A stretch of DNA of 64,000 nt from an uncultured Acidobacteriota bacterium (GTDB lineage Bacteria; Acidobacteriota; Thermoanaerobaculia; UBA5066; Gp7-AA6). Location of the stretch: contig CAVTEG010000015.1 of assembly GCA_963733815.1 (NCBI GenBank), forward strand, positions 171,910 through 235,909. The letters run 5' to 3'. Both the position numbers and the translations under genes were made by a program. Shown here piece by piece: positions 20,554 through 31,100 of the stretch. The stretch's first letter is position 1; each line of letters opens with the position of its first letter. The notes beneath the pieces were generated by a model. That model saw nothing but the letters and a program-made list of their open reading frames with translations, was not told the DNA's origin and did no database searches.

Positions 20554-21991
20554 GGCGCACCCGCGCAGACGCCGGCTCTCGCGGCGCAAGTTCCTCGGCG
20601 AGGCGGGCCTCGCGCTCGCCGCCGGAGCGTTCCCGGCCCTCTCGTGCGCGCGCCCCGAGAAGACGGCGGCGGCCGCGGCGCGCAAGACGCTGCGGATCCT
20701 GCAGTGGAGTCACTTCGTGCCCCGCTACGACGCCTGGTTCGATCGCGTCTTCACGAAGGAGTGGGGCGCGAAGAATGGAACCGACGTGATCGTCGACCAC
20801 ATGGCGGCGACCGAGGTCAACGCAAGGGGCGCCGCCGAGGCCGCCGCCGGCAAGGGCCACGACCTCTTCCTGTTCATCTCTCCGCCGGCCGCATACATCG
20901 ATCGCGTCATCGACCACCGCGAGATCGTCGAAGAGGTCGAGCGGCGGCACGGCAAGATGATTCCCCTGGCGCGGAAGTCGATCTTCGACCCGAAGAGCGG
21001 AAAGTACTTCGCGTTCTCCGATTCCTACGTCCCCGATCCCGGCAACTACCGGATCGATCTCTGGCGGGAAGTCGGTTTCCCGAATGGCCCCGACACCTGG
21101 GAGGACCTCCGCGTGGGCGGCCGGAAGATCAAGGAGAAGTTCGGCAACCCCGTGGGCATCGGCCTGTCTCAGGAGATGGACTCCAACATGGCCCTGCGCG
21201 CGATCCTCTGGTCCTTCGGGGGCGCCGAGCAGGACGACGCAGGGCACGCCGTTCTCAACTCGCGAGGGACGATCGAGGCGCTGAAGTTCGTGCGCGCGCT
21301 CTACGAGGAGACGATGACGGCGGAGGTCTTCACCTGGGATCCGTCCTCCAACAACCGCATGATCCTCGCCGGAAAAGCGTCGTTCATCTGCAATGCGATC
21401 TCCGTGACGCGCACCGCCGAGCGCGAGAACCGGGCGATGGGCGCGAAGATCGGGCTGGTGCCGACGTTGAAGGGACCGGTTCGGCGGATCGCCGCCGAGC
21501 ACGTCATGAACTGCTACGTCATCTGGAAGTTTGCCGAGAACATCGACGGCGCCAAGCAGTTCCTGGCAGACCTCGTCGGCAGCTTCGCGTCCGTTTTCCG
21601 CGAGAGCGAGTTCTACAACTTCCCGTGCTATCCGACGACCGTGCCGGATCTGGCGCAGCAGCTCGCCGACGACCCGAAGGCGGACCCGAAGGGTAAGTAC
21701 GCCGTCCTCTCCAATGTCCTCGACTGGGCCACCAACGTCGGCTATCCCAGCTACGCCACACCCGGAATCGACGAGGTCTTCAACACCTTCGTCATTCCCA
21801 CGATGTTTGCCCGCGTTGCGCGAGGGGAACAGACTCCTGAAGCGGAGGCGGAGGCGGGGCAAAGGGGAGTGGAGCGGATTTTCAAGAAGTGGGCGCGAGG
21901 CCGGCTCGATAAGGTCTTTCGACGAGAGGCCGTCGAGCGCCGCTTGTCATCCCGAGCGAAGCGAGGGAGCCCTTTAGGCGCGGTCGTGTGA
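20552..21991 (+). CDS. ABC transporter substrate-binding protein (Tat signal); the C-terminal about 15 aa are encoded by the palindromic repeat
   Basis: The twin-arginine signal is RRRRLSRRKFLGEAGLALAAGA. It is about 75% identical to the frameshifted copy at 39346-40666. The ORF tail ...SSRAKRGSPLGAVV lies inside repeat copy 2. Confidence 0.8.
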   Translation: MAHPRRRRLSRRKFLGEAGLALAAGAFPALSCARPEKTAAAAARKTLRILQWSHFVPRYDAWFDRVFTKEWGAKNGTDVIVDHMAATEVNARGAAEAAAGKGHDLFLFISPPAAYIDRVIDHREIVEEVERRHGKMIPLARKSIFDPKSGKYFAFSDSYVPDPGNYRIDLWREVGFPNGPDTWEDLRVGGRKIKEKFGNPVGIGLSQEMDSNMALRAILWSFGGAEQDDAGHAVLNSRGTIEALKFVRALYEETMTAEVFTWDPSSNNRMILAGKASFICNAISVTRTAERENRAMGAKIGLVPTLKGPVRRIAAEHVMNCYVIWKFAENIDGAKQFLADLVGSFASVFRESEFYNFPCYPTTVPDLAQQLADDPKADPKGKYAVLSNVLDWATNVGYPSYATPGIDEVFNTFVIPTMFARVARGEQTPEAEAEAGQRGVERIFKKWARGRLDKVFRREAVERRLSSRAKRGSPLGAVV

Positions 21992-22036
21992 CTTAGAAAG
22001 GGATCCCTCGGGCCTGCGGCCCTCGGGACGATGGAC
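21946..22036. repeat. Palindromic intergenic repeat element (copy 2)
   Basis: GTCATCCCGAGCGAAGCGAGGGAGCCC ... GGGATCCCTCGGGCCTGCGGCCCTCGGGACGATGGAC. It is the same family as 9834-9923. Confidence 0.5.
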
Positions 22037-22369
22037 GACCGCGCTACGCGGTAAACGCTGGCTTCCGCCAGCGTTGCCTGCTTCCGAGGGTCTGCCTTCG
22101 GTGGCCGGCTCGTCCATCGAAAAAATGGGCGGCCCTTCGACCGCCCGGAGGATGGAGGGGCGGGATCCAGCGCCCGCCCTTTCGACTCGGAGCCCTGATG
22201 CTGCGGATGGGATCCAACGCCCATCCGGTTCCGAACGCGATTGCTTTACAAGACTGTACGGACCAGAAGTCGCGGTCAACAAATTATTGATTTCCAGTAA
22301 GTTAGTATGTCAATTCGTGAAAAGCGGCGGTTGTAAAGCCGTTGATGATGTAAATTCACACGCAAAGCG

Positions 22370-23806
22370 ATGGCGGAGCAGAAGTTCGGCCCAAAGGTGC
22401 GCGCGCTCCGGCGACGCAACGGCCTGCGTCAGGTGGATCTGGCCGAGAAGCTCGGGATTTCCGCGTCGTACCTGAACCTCATCGAGCACGATCAGCGCGC
22501 TCTGACGGCGCCGCTGCTCCTGAAGCTGGCGTCTCTCTACCCGGTGGACCTGAAGAGCTTCGCGGCCGAGGACCACGCGCGGCTGGTATCGGACCTGCAC
22601 GAGGTGTTCGGCGACGCGCTCTTCGAGGCGCTGGACGTGACCACGATGGACCTGCGGGAGACCGCGTCGAACGAGTCGGTCTCGCTTGCGATCGTCAAGC
22701 TCTACCACGCGTACCGCGACGCGCTCGAGTCGATCCAGGCCGCGGCGTCGAAAGTCGCCGAAGGCGAGGACCTGACTGGAATCGATCCGGCACGCCTTCC
22801 GTCGGAAGAGGTCTCCGACGTGCTGCAGGAGAACCAGAACTACTTCCCGGAGCTCGAGGAGGCCGCGGAGAGACTGGCGGACGAAGCCGGCCTCGAGCGG
22901 CCGGACGCCTTCCCGGGGCTCGTGCGGCTGCTCGAAAAGGACGGCGTCACCGTCGAAGTCGTCCCGCGGCGGAGCGAGAAGGCGACGGTCCGCGCCTTCG
23001 ATCCGGTCCGCAAGCGTCTCGAGATCTCCGAGATCCTCTCGTCCTACGCGCGGAACTTCCAGATTGCCCACCAGATTGGATTGCTGCGGCTGGAGCGCGA
23101 ATTCGACCGGATCATCGGCAAGTCGCGGCTGACGACTCCCGACTCCCTCGTCCTCTGCCGCGTGGCGCTGGCGAGCTACTTCGCCGGCGCGCTGCTGATG
23201 CCCTACGGACCGTTTCTGCAGTCGGCGAAGGCGCTCCGCTACGACATCGAGATCCTCGAGCGCCGATTCGGCGTCAGCTTCGAGCAGGTCTGCCACCGGC
23301 TGACGACGCTGCGCCGTCCCGGGCAGGAAGGCGTGCCGTTTCATTTCATCCGCGTCGATATCGCCGGGAACATCTCGAAACGGTTCTCGGCCTCGGGCAT
23401 CCGGTTCGCCCGATTCTCGGGGCTGTGTCCGCGCTGGAACGTGCATAGCGCCTTCATGACTCCCGGAATCGTGCGCACGCAGCTCTCGCGGATGCCCGAC
23501 GGGACGACGTACCTCTGCGTGGCGCGCACCGTGCGGCAGAGTTACGGCGGTTTCGGCGCCGCGCATCCGCTGCTCGCGATCTCGCTCGGGTGCGAGGTCA
23601 GCCACGCGAAACACCTGATCTACGGCGACAACATCGACGTGAACAACCCGCACGCCGCCGTGCCGATCGGGATCACCTGCCGGCTCTGCGAGAGGACCGA
23701 CTGCGAGCAGCGGGCTTTCCCGCCCATCCACCGCAAGCTCGGGATCGACGAGAACGTGCGCGGAGTGTCGTTCTACCGGTTCGCCGACAAGGAAAAGCCG
23801 GCGTGA
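22370..23806 (+). CDS. XRE-HTH / ImmA-IrrE / DUF2083 regulator (short-chain fatty acyl-CoA regulator, PrpR/RamB type)
   Basis: The N-terminus has a Cro/C1 HTH (LRQVDLAEKLGISASYLNLIEHDQR). The C-terminus has the Cys cluster GITCRLCERTDCEQRAFPP typical of DUF2083. The 478-aa length is typical. Confidence 0.8.
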   Translation: MAEQKFGPKVRALRRRNGLRQVDLAEKLGISASYLNLIEHDQRALTAPLLLKLASLYPVDLKSFAAEDHARLVSDLHEVFGDALFEALDVTTMDLRETASNESVSLAIVKLYHAYRDALESIQAAASKVAEGEDLTGIDPARLPSEEVSDVLQENQNYFPELEEAAERLADEAGLERPDAFPGLVRLLEKDGVTVEVVPRRSEKATVRAFDPVRKRLEISEILSSYARNFQIAHQIGLLRLEREFDRIIGKSRLTTPDSLVLCRVALASYFAGALLMPYGPFLQSAKALRYDIEILERRFGVSFEQVCHRLTTLRRPGQEGVPFHFIRVDIAGNISKRFSASGIRFARFSGLCPRWNVHSAFMTPGIVRTQLSRMPDGTTYLCVARTVRQSYGGFGAAHPLLAISLGCEVSHAKHLIYGDNIDVNNPHAAVPIGITCRLCERTDCEQRAFPPIHRKLGIDENVRGVSFYRFADKEKPA

Positions 23807-24255
23807 CCGGCGGCGGAGCCGAGAAACCGGATCGGACGAGCCCTCTCGAGCCCGAAATCGGCGCGACGGCTTCGGCCGAGCTCGTGGTCACGGAGGCCGA
23901 TCTCGCCAGCTCCTTCCGGCCCGGTCCCGAGGACGCATTTCCGCCCGTGCTCGCGACCGCCCGCATGGTCGCATTGATGGAAGTCGCCGCCGCGCGAGTC
24001 CTGGCGCCGTTGCTCGGCCCGGGCCAGCTCTCCGTCGGCGTGCTCGTCGATGTGACGCACACCGCCGCGACCCCGGCGGGAATCCGGGTCACCGCCACCG
24101 CCCGCTATCTCGGACGCGAAAACGGTCAGTATTGCTTCGAGGTCGTTGCGCGCGACCACGGCGGGGAAATCGGCCGCGCCGCACATCGGCGGGCGGTCGT
24201 TTCGAGCCAGCGTCTCCTCGCCGGCGCCACCCGCCGCAACGCGTCCGCGAACTGA
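23803..24255 (+). CDS. Hotdog-fold thioesterase (FlK/PaaI-like)
   Basis: The GTG start overlaps the regulator stop (GTGA). The region VLATARMVALMEVAAARVL...VGVLVDVTHTAATPAG...YCFEVVARDHGGEIG has a thioesterase-superfamily pattern. Confidence 0.6.
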   Translation: MTGGGAEKPDRTSPLEPEIGATASAELVVTEADLASSFRPGPEDAFPPVLATARMVALMEVAAARVLAPLLGPGQLSVGVLVDVTHTAATPAGIRVTATARYLGRENGQYCFEVVARDHGGEIGRAAHRRAVVSSQRLLAGATRRNASAN

Positions 24256-24268
24256 TACGCTTTCCTCC

Positions 24269-24973
24269 GTGCAGCCGTTTTCTCCGGCGAGATTCCGGAC
24301 ACCGGCGCTGATCTCGCTGCTCGCGCTTGCGCCGGGCTGTGCCAACTACCAGCAGGTGACGGACGCCACGCGCACGATCGACGCGGTGCACGTCACGACC
24401 AAGGCCTCGGACGTCGCGGATTGCCGATTCCTCGAAAAAGTCGACTACCGGGACACGGCGAAGGGCTGCGGTCTGACCGTTCAGCCGACCCCCGAAGAAT
24501 GCCTGCGATATCAGGTGCGAATGATTGGCGGCGACACGCTCCTGCGGGACGGACCGGTCGGAAGCGCCTACGCCTGCTCGTCGCACGCCGCCGAGACGAA
24601 GACGGAAGCATCCTCGCCGTCGGCGGCTCCGGCGGCGGCACCCGTCCCGGCCCCGGCGCCAGCAGCTTTTTCCGGGTCTCCGGCAGCCCCGGCGCCCGTG
24701 GCTGCGCCCACCGCGGCCCCGACACCTGCGCAATCCGCACCGACGCCAGCCGCGGCCGCCGAATCGAAACTCCCGGCGGTTCGGCTGACGTACGATCGCG
24801 ACGAAGCCAAGGGCTGCGTCTATCTGGGCGACTTCGCGCCAGGAGCCGCCTGCGAAGGGCCGGACGCCCAGCTCTCCGCCGACTGCACCGATCAGGCCCG
24901 GAAAGCGGGCGCCGATCTCGTTCTCGTCGAGGGCGTCCGGGCGCAGATGTTCTCGTGCAAGGCGAGACGATGA
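24269..24973 (+). CDS. Lipoprotein with two Cys-containing repeat domains
   Basis: The lipobox is LLALAPGC. Duplicated motifs DCRFLEKVDY...GC and AKGCVYLGDF...C are separated by a Pro/Ala-rich linker. The start (GTG 24269) is uncertain. Confidence 0.5.
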   Translation: MQPFSPARFRTPALISLLALAPGCANYQQVTDATRTIDAVHVTTKASDVADCRFLEKVDYRDTAKGCGLTVQPTPEECLRYQVRMIGGDTLLRDGPVGSAYACSSHAAETKTEASSPSAAPAAAPVPAPAPAAFSGSPAAPAPVAAPTAAPTPAQSAPTPAAAAESKLPAVRLTYDRDEAKGCVYLGDFAPGAACEGPDAQLSADCTDQARKAGADLVLVEGVRAQMFSCKARR

Positions 24974-25266
24974 CCGACTCCCCCGAAGCGGGCGTGCCCG
25001 GACTGACGAATCCTCGCGGCCTTGGCCTCGAGCGCTTTCCGATCCGCGCCCGGGAACAGGCGATGACGCTCGCGGCCTGGCGCCTCTCGGCCGCCGCGGA
25101 GGAGGGGGAGGGGACGATCACGCTGGTGGAGCTTCCCTCGGGCGAAATCCTGCGCCGCGGCGACGGGATCTTCCTGGGATGGACGCAGGAGAGGCTCGGC
25201 CGCGCCTACGAGGCGCTGGCTCCGAGGGACGACGGGCCGCCGATGGAGATGCTCCAGCTCGGCTGA
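24970..25266 (+). CDS. Hypothetical small protein (ATGA-coupled to the lipoprotein gene)
   Basis: A 98-aa ORF whose start overlaps the upstream stop. No domain was recognised. Confidence 0.3.
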   Translation: MTDSPEAGVPGLTNPRGLGLERFPIRAREQAMTLAAWRLSAAAEEGEGTITLVELPSGEILRRGDGIFLGWTQERLGRAYEALAPRDDGPPMEMLQLG

Positions 25267-25270
25267 CGTC

Positions 25271-25690
25271 TCACTCGGGAGGGGAGCCGGCTTCCAGCGT
25301 CCGTCGCTCTTCCGCCGTCAGAAGGGCAGCTGCCGCCGGGTGGTAAACGCCCGCGTTGCCGCGTTCGTGCGCTTCGAGGCGGCGCGAAAGATTCTCGATC
25401 AAGCCCAGCAGGTCGGCGATCGGCGCGCGATTCTCGATCCCGAGCCGGATGTTGCGCGTCAGCTCGCGCAGCTGGACGTACTCGAGAGAAAGCTCGCGCT
25501 GCGGATCGCGGTCCGGAATCACGGCGCGCCGGAGCGCCGGCAGGAGCGCGCTCTCCTCCGCCGCCGTCCAGCGGCACAGGTTGTCGTGGAAGTCGGCGAT
25601 GGCCAGCCGATAGGCCGCCTCGTCGCGCCGATCGAATGCCCGCCGGAAGTCGTCGAACCGCGCGCGCAGTCCCCGCTGCGCCGCGTTCAT
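25271..25690 (-). CDS. Hypothetical protein (possibly hemerythrin-like)
   Basis: A 139-aa ORF from MNAAQRG. A His/Asp/Glu-rich helical pattern (FHDNL, RELT) is present. The assignment is weak. Confidence 0.35.
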   Translation of the reverse strand: MNAAQRGLRARFDDFRRAFDRRDEAAYRLAIADFHDNLCRWTAAEESALLPALRRAVIPDRDPQRELSLEYVQLRELTRNIRLGIENRAPIADLLGLIENLSRRLEAHERGNAGVYHPAAAALLTAEERRTLEAGSPPE

Positions 25691-25709
25691 CAGCGCGCTC
25701 GCCTCGATC

Positions 25710-26528
25710 TCAGACACCCGCGAGTCCCGGCTCGACGCGCTCGAACCCTTGCTCGTGCGCCCAGAGATCGAGCGCGAGGGATGCGAGCTCGTCGACCTCG
25801 GGAATCGGCCGCGCATCCTCGGAAAGGTCGATCGATTTGACGTACTTGCGGCACGTCTCGCAGGCCTCGATGCGGACGGCGGGATGCCGCTCGGTCGTAT
25901 AGGACGGAAGCTTGCGCGGGTCTTCCTCGAAACACGCGGGGCAGAGGATTCGGGTGAAGAGCCACTCTCCTCCGCAAAGAGCGCAGACGAGCGAGCGCCG
26001 CGCGCCCTCCGTCAGCGACCCTTCCCGCCGCGCCGAGACCCACGGAGACCCGCCGCAGAAAGGGCACTGGCCCCTCCGGTGCAGGCGGTCCGGAGGAGTC
26101 ACGGCGACCCGCAGCACCTCCACGTACGGTCGAAGGACCGCCCGCGAGAGATAGTCGTCGCGCGAGGTCGCGTCGCCGCTCCAGTAGACGAGCAGCCGCG
26201 TCCGCGCGGTGGCGGCGAGATCGGACTGCCGCGCGCGGGCGGTTTCGGCGAGCGTTTCGGGACCGGACTGCGCCGCGTAGCCGACGATCCCCGCGGCCTG
26301 TTCGAGAAAGCGCTCGAGGTCCGCGTCCAGGTGTCCCGAGAGACGAGACCCGGCATGCGCGGATTCCAGGTGCTCGGCGAGCCGTCCCTGGGCGCGATAG
26401 AGGCCCGCCGCGAACCGGAGGGGCTCGCGCGCGGTTTCGGCCTGCCCGGCGAGAAGCTCCGCCCGCGCCGCGCGCCGCTCGAATTCCGAAGCGACGGCCG
26501 CGGTGCTACGGACGGCGGGGCTCTTCAC
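25710..26528 (-). CDS. fdhE: Formate dehydrogenase accessory protein FdhE
   Basis: The four CxxC pairs are present: CPFCGG, CALCGGEW, CPAC and CETCRKY. Confidence 0.85.
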   Translation of the reverse strand: MKSPAVRSTAAVASEFERRAARAELLAGQAETAREPLRFAAGLYRAQGRLAEHLESAHAGSRLSGHLDADLERFLEQAAGIVGYAAQSGPETLAETARARQSDLAATARTRLLVYWSGDATSRDDYLSRAVLRPYVEVLRVAVTPPDRLHRRGQCPFCGGSPWVSARREGSLTEGARRSLVCALCGGEWLFTRILCPACFEEDPRKLPSYTTERHPAVRIEACETCRKYVKSIDLSEDARPIPEVDELASLALDLWAHEQGFERVEPGLAGV

Positions 26529-27208
26529 CCGTGACTTCTCGATACCAGCGCGGGTGGTGCACGCGCGCCCAGGTCCGAGTCACCGTGCCACGGATCATGG
26601 ATCCGTATGTGCCCGGTTCCGCGGCGGTGCTCAGGTAGATGTGGAAGACCAGCGACGCCACGAAGCAGATGAAGGTGAAGTCGTGGATGATGAACGCGAG
26701 CTGCATCAGCCAGCGCGGGAAAGCGGTCGGGAACCACATCAGGAGGCCCGAGAGGAGCAGCCCCACGGCTCCGAGCGACACCGCCCAGAAGTAGAGCTTC
26801 TGACCTCCGTTGTACTTGCCGGTGCGGGGATCGTCGGCCGAGGCGTCGTAGCGCATGTAGCGAACGACCCTCGGGCCCACCCAGTCCTTTTCCCACGATT
26901 CGACGCGCATATCGGAGCGCCACTCGAAGAACTGCACCAGCGCCGCGACGAAGAAGGCCAGGCCCGCCCAGGGATGAAGGAGCCGGCAGACGGAGAGACC
27001 GCCGAAGAGGTGCGCCATCCACCCGAAGATCGGCGTCCAGATCGGCAGTCCGGTCAGCAGCGAGAGGAAGAAGGTCAAGGCCACCGTCCAGTGCACGAGC
27101 CGTGAGAATCGACGGTGCCGGACGATCTCGGGGCCGACGACGACGTCTTCGCGGCTTCGGGCCACGACGACTGCGGAATCCATCGGCGCGCGGGGGGCGG
27201 CGGTGCTC
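26506..27208 (-). CDS. fdnI: Formate dehydrogenase gamma (cytochrome b556) subunit
   Basis: The start ATG at 27208 has an AACGGAGGA RBS. It has four TM helices with conserved heme His residues (FSRLVHWTVA, IIHDFTF, FHIYL). Confidence 0.85.
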
Positions 27209-27229
27209 ATCGATGTCCTCCGTTCTGCC

Positions 27230-28106
27230 TCAAGCGCTCGGAAGGTTGGCGTCCTTGTCGCTCGCGCCGCGCGCCTCCTTGGGGCCGTACTTCGTGTAGT
27301 GCGCGAACGCGCCGGCAATGGCGCCGAAAATGGCAAGAACTCCCAGCGGCCGGACGATCTTCTTCCAGATCTTGACTCCCCAGGGCACGTGCGGGTTCGC
27401 GGGCAGGCCGTACCAGTCGGGGTGGTCTCCGTGTGCCAGGATCGTGATGACGCTGGTTCCCCCGACGCCCTTCGGATCGTAGACGGACGCCTGCGCGAAG
27501 CCGTTGGCCTTGAGCTGCTGCACGCGGCCGTGTGCGAGCTCCAGCATGTCGTCCTTGGTGCCGAAGTGCAGGCAGCCGGTCGGGCAGGCCTTGATACACG
27601 CGGGCTCGAGGCCGACCGAGACCCGGTCGACACAGAGCGTGCACTTGGCCATCTTGCCGGTGGTCTGCGAGAACTTCGGGACGTCGAAGGGGCAACCGGT
27701 CTCGCAGTACTGGCAGCCGATGCACTGGTCGGCGTTGACGTCGACGATCCCGTTCTCGTACTGGACGATCGCGCCGGGCGCGGGGCAGGCCTCGAGGCAG
27801 CCCGGCTCGTCGCAGTGCATGCACTGGTCCTTGCGCATGAGCCAGATGATGCCGCCGTCGAAGTCGCGTTCGTTGAAGCGGATGAGGTTCCAGTACTCAG
27901 GGTGCAGCGTCGGGAGCGTCTGGTAGGTGCCGACCTGGTCGGGTTTCGACCGGCTTCAGGTCGTTCCACTCCTGACATGCGACCTCACAGGCCTTGCATC
28001 CAATGCACGTCGTGGTGTCGATGTACTTGGAAACGGTCGGCGTGGTGCGCATGCCGGAAAGGCTTCCCCAGACCGAAGCGGAAGAGCGGCGAATGTCGAG
28101 ACTCAT
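27230..28106 (-). CDS. fdnH: Formate dehydrogenase iron-sulfur (beta) subunit, with one apparent frameshift near 27840-27930
   Basis: The N-terminus ([10 protein letters not shown]...[15 protein letters not shown]) is in the 27897..28106 frame. The rest ([31 protein letters not shown] anchor) is in the 27230..27838 frame. Confidence 0.8.
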
Positions 28107-28119
28107 GGCGCTCCTCCTC

Positions 28120-31100
28120 TCACGCTTTCTCGATTTTCACGAGGAACGCCTTGTACTCCGGCGTCCAGGTGTTCGGGTCCATCGCGGACGGCGTCAGGTG
28201 GTTCGCGAGGGGGCCGGTGTGCCCGGTGTTGCCGGCGGCATACCCCCAGTGGAGCGGGAAGCCGATCTGCCAGATCTCCTTGCCGTCGACTTGAGCTTGA
28301 TGCAGCCGTTTCGTCACCATCGCGACGCCCTGCACGGAGCCGCGCGCGCGACGTGACCTTGACCTGAGATCCGTTGGCGATTCCCTTCTCCTTGGCCAGG
28401 CTCTTCCGGGATCTCGACGAAGAACCCGGGCTGGAGCTGGTTCAAGCCTGGGTGTGCTTGGTCCAGTAGTGGTACATCTCGGTGAGCCGGTAGGTCGTGC
28501 ACGACGATGGGAAAGTCGTACGGTTTCCGTAGACGTCCTTGTCGGATGTGAACTTCTTGGTGGCCGGGCTCGACGCTGACCTTCGGGTGGAGCAGGTTGT
28601 CGACGGGCGCTTCGATCGGTTCGTAGTGCTCGGGGAACGGACCGTCGTTCAAGCGATGCGGCGAAGAGCCGGCCCACGCCTTCCGGCAGCATGATGAAGG
28701 CGCCCGTACTCGCCCGGGCGGCGAGTCGGGCTTGATGTCGGGCACGTCGCCGACCCATTTCTTGCCGTTCCACACGATGCCGGGCCGCTTGGGATCCCAG
28801 GCTTTGCCCTGAGCGTCCGCAGACGCGCGGTTGTACATGATCCGGCGGTTGGCGGGCCAGGAGAAGGTCCAGTTGTGGTACATGCCGAGGCCTGTCGGGT
28901 CGGCGGTCGAGCGGCGCTGCGTGTTGTTGCCGGCCTCGGTGTAGGCGCCCGATGTAGAGCCAGTTGCCGCACATCGTCGAGCCGTCGTCCTGGAGCTGGC
29001 CGAAGCCGTCGAGCTGCTGGCCCGCGGCTTGCACGGAGGCTTCGTCTTGTCCTTGGGGTCCGGGATGTCGGCGACGGCCTTGCCATTCATCTCCTTGAGG
29101 CACTTCGCCGAGATCGGGATTGACCGGGTTGGTGTAGTCCCACGTCGACGTTGAGCGACCGGCTCCGGGACGCGCGCCGCCTTCCTTGCGCGTACAGGTC
29201 GCGAACCGCGAGGAAAATGCGCGCCATGATCTCCTGGTCGGCCCTGGCCTGGCCCGGCGGATCGACCGCCTTCCACTTCCACTGCAACCAGCGCGCGCGA
29301 GTTGGTGAAGCGAGCCGTCTTTCTCGGCGAAGTCGGCGGCGGGAGCTGGAAGACCTCGGTCTGGATCTTCGAGGCATCGGGCGTCCCGTATTCCTTGGGT
29401 GGCCTTCCAGAAGTGGCGGTCTCGATCTCGAAGTTCTCCGACGACCAGCCACTTCAGCTTCGAGAGAGCGGCGATGACCTTCGGCGTGTTCGGCCCGATG
29501 CCGACGGGGTTCATTCCGAACGTGATCAGGCCTTCGGGCGCCGGCTCCTTGCCGCCGGCGCGGTCGAGGTGCCGCGATACATGTCGTCGAAGATGTACAT
29601 CCAGCGAATAGTTGCCGTCGACCTTCGGGAGCCAGGCAGTACCCGAAGTCGTTTTCCTTGGTGGCGTTCTTCCCGTACAGGGCCTTCAGCAGCGAGACCA
29701 TGAACTTCGGATAGTTGCGCCAGTAGTTCATCGAGGCCCAGGCGCTGTTTGTTGAACGTCGTCGGAGTCGCGTCGGTCAGGTAGTCCTGCAGCGTCTGCG
29801 ACGGGCCCGCGAGGCGTCTTCATGTAGCCGGGCAGGATCTCGAACGTTCCCGCCCATGTCGGTGGCGCCCTGGATGTTCGAGTGGCCGCGCAACGCGTTG
29901 ACTCCGCCGCCGGGACGGCCGACGTTGCCCAGCAGCAGTTGCAGCATCGCCGCGCACCGGATCATCTGCACGCCGATCGAGTGCTGCGTCCAGCCCAGAG
30001 CGTACATAATCGTCCCGACGCGTCTCGGGCGGATACGATCGATGTGACGATCTCGGCCGACCTTGAGGAACTTGTCCTCGGGCGTGCCGCAGATGCGCTC
30101 GACCATCTCCGGGGTGTAGCGCTCGACGTGCTTCTTCAGGAGCTGGAAGACGCAGCGCGGGTCCTGCATCGTCGGGTCGACCTCGTAGGCCTTGCTCTTC
30201 GGGTCGGCCTCGTACGCCCAGTTGGTCTTGTCGTACTTCCCGATGCCTCGTCGAATCCGCTGAAGAGGCCCTCGTCGAAGCCGTACTTCTCGCCGATGAG
30301 ATAGGGCCGCGTTGGTGAAGAGCTTGACGTACTCCTCGTGGAAGCGCTTCTGCTCGATGGCGTAGCGGATGATCCCGAGCAGGAAGGCGATGTCGGTGCC
30401 GGCGCGGATCGGGGAGTAGTAAGTCGGCGACCGCAGCGGTGCGTGTGAAGCGCGGATCGACGGCGACGAGCTTGGCACTGCGGTTGCTGCTGGGCTTCGA
30501 TCGCACCACTTGAACCCGCAGGGATGGTTCTCGGCGGGATTGCCGCCCATGGCCAGGATCGACATCGGCGTTCTTGATGTCGATCCAGCCGTTGGTCATG
30601 GCTCCGCGCCCGAACGTGGCGGCCAAACTGGCCACCGTCGGGCCGTGTCAAACCCGGGCCTGGCTGTCCCGGTACGACACCCCCAGGGCCGCGACGGACT
30701 TTCCACTGCAAGAAGTTGAATTCGTTCGTGTCGGTGCAGCCGCCGATCATCGCGATGCCGGGGTTGCGATTGACGGTCTGGCCCTTGGCGTTCTTGGCGA
30801 CGAAGCACCGGTCGCGCGTGTCCTTGATGTGTCGCGCGATTCCGGCGATCGCATCGTCCCAGGAGATGTCCTCCCAGTTGTCCGAGCCCGGCCGGCGGAC
30901 CTTCGGCGTCAGCAGACGGTCGGGATTGTTGATGTCGTCGCGGAGAGTCGAGCCCTTCGGGCAAAGCGTTCCGCGGTTGATCGGGTGTTCGGGATCGCCT
31001 TCGACGTGAACGACGGCGGGTGTCGACGTTCTTGCGCCTTGTCGCCCAGCGTGTGAATGATCACTCCGCAGGAGACCGCGCAGTACGGGCAAGTACTTCG

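Noticed and set aside
21751-22475. Small ORFs 21751..22224 -, 21974..22282 -, 22074..22475 + in the SBP-regulator intergenic region
   Set aside because: They translate the palindromic repeat element and the AT-rich promoter. There is no RBS or conservation signal.
26506-27978. 490-aa ORF extending fdnI across fdnH
   Set aside because: The N-terminal 255 codons are the alternative frame of fdnH. fdnI starts at ATG 27208 with a good RBS.
30648-30650. In-frame TGA in fdnG as a premature stop or pseudogene lesion
   Set aside because: It aligns exactly with the conserved selenocysteine position and has a downstream hairpin. Other lesions in the gene are separate frameshifts.
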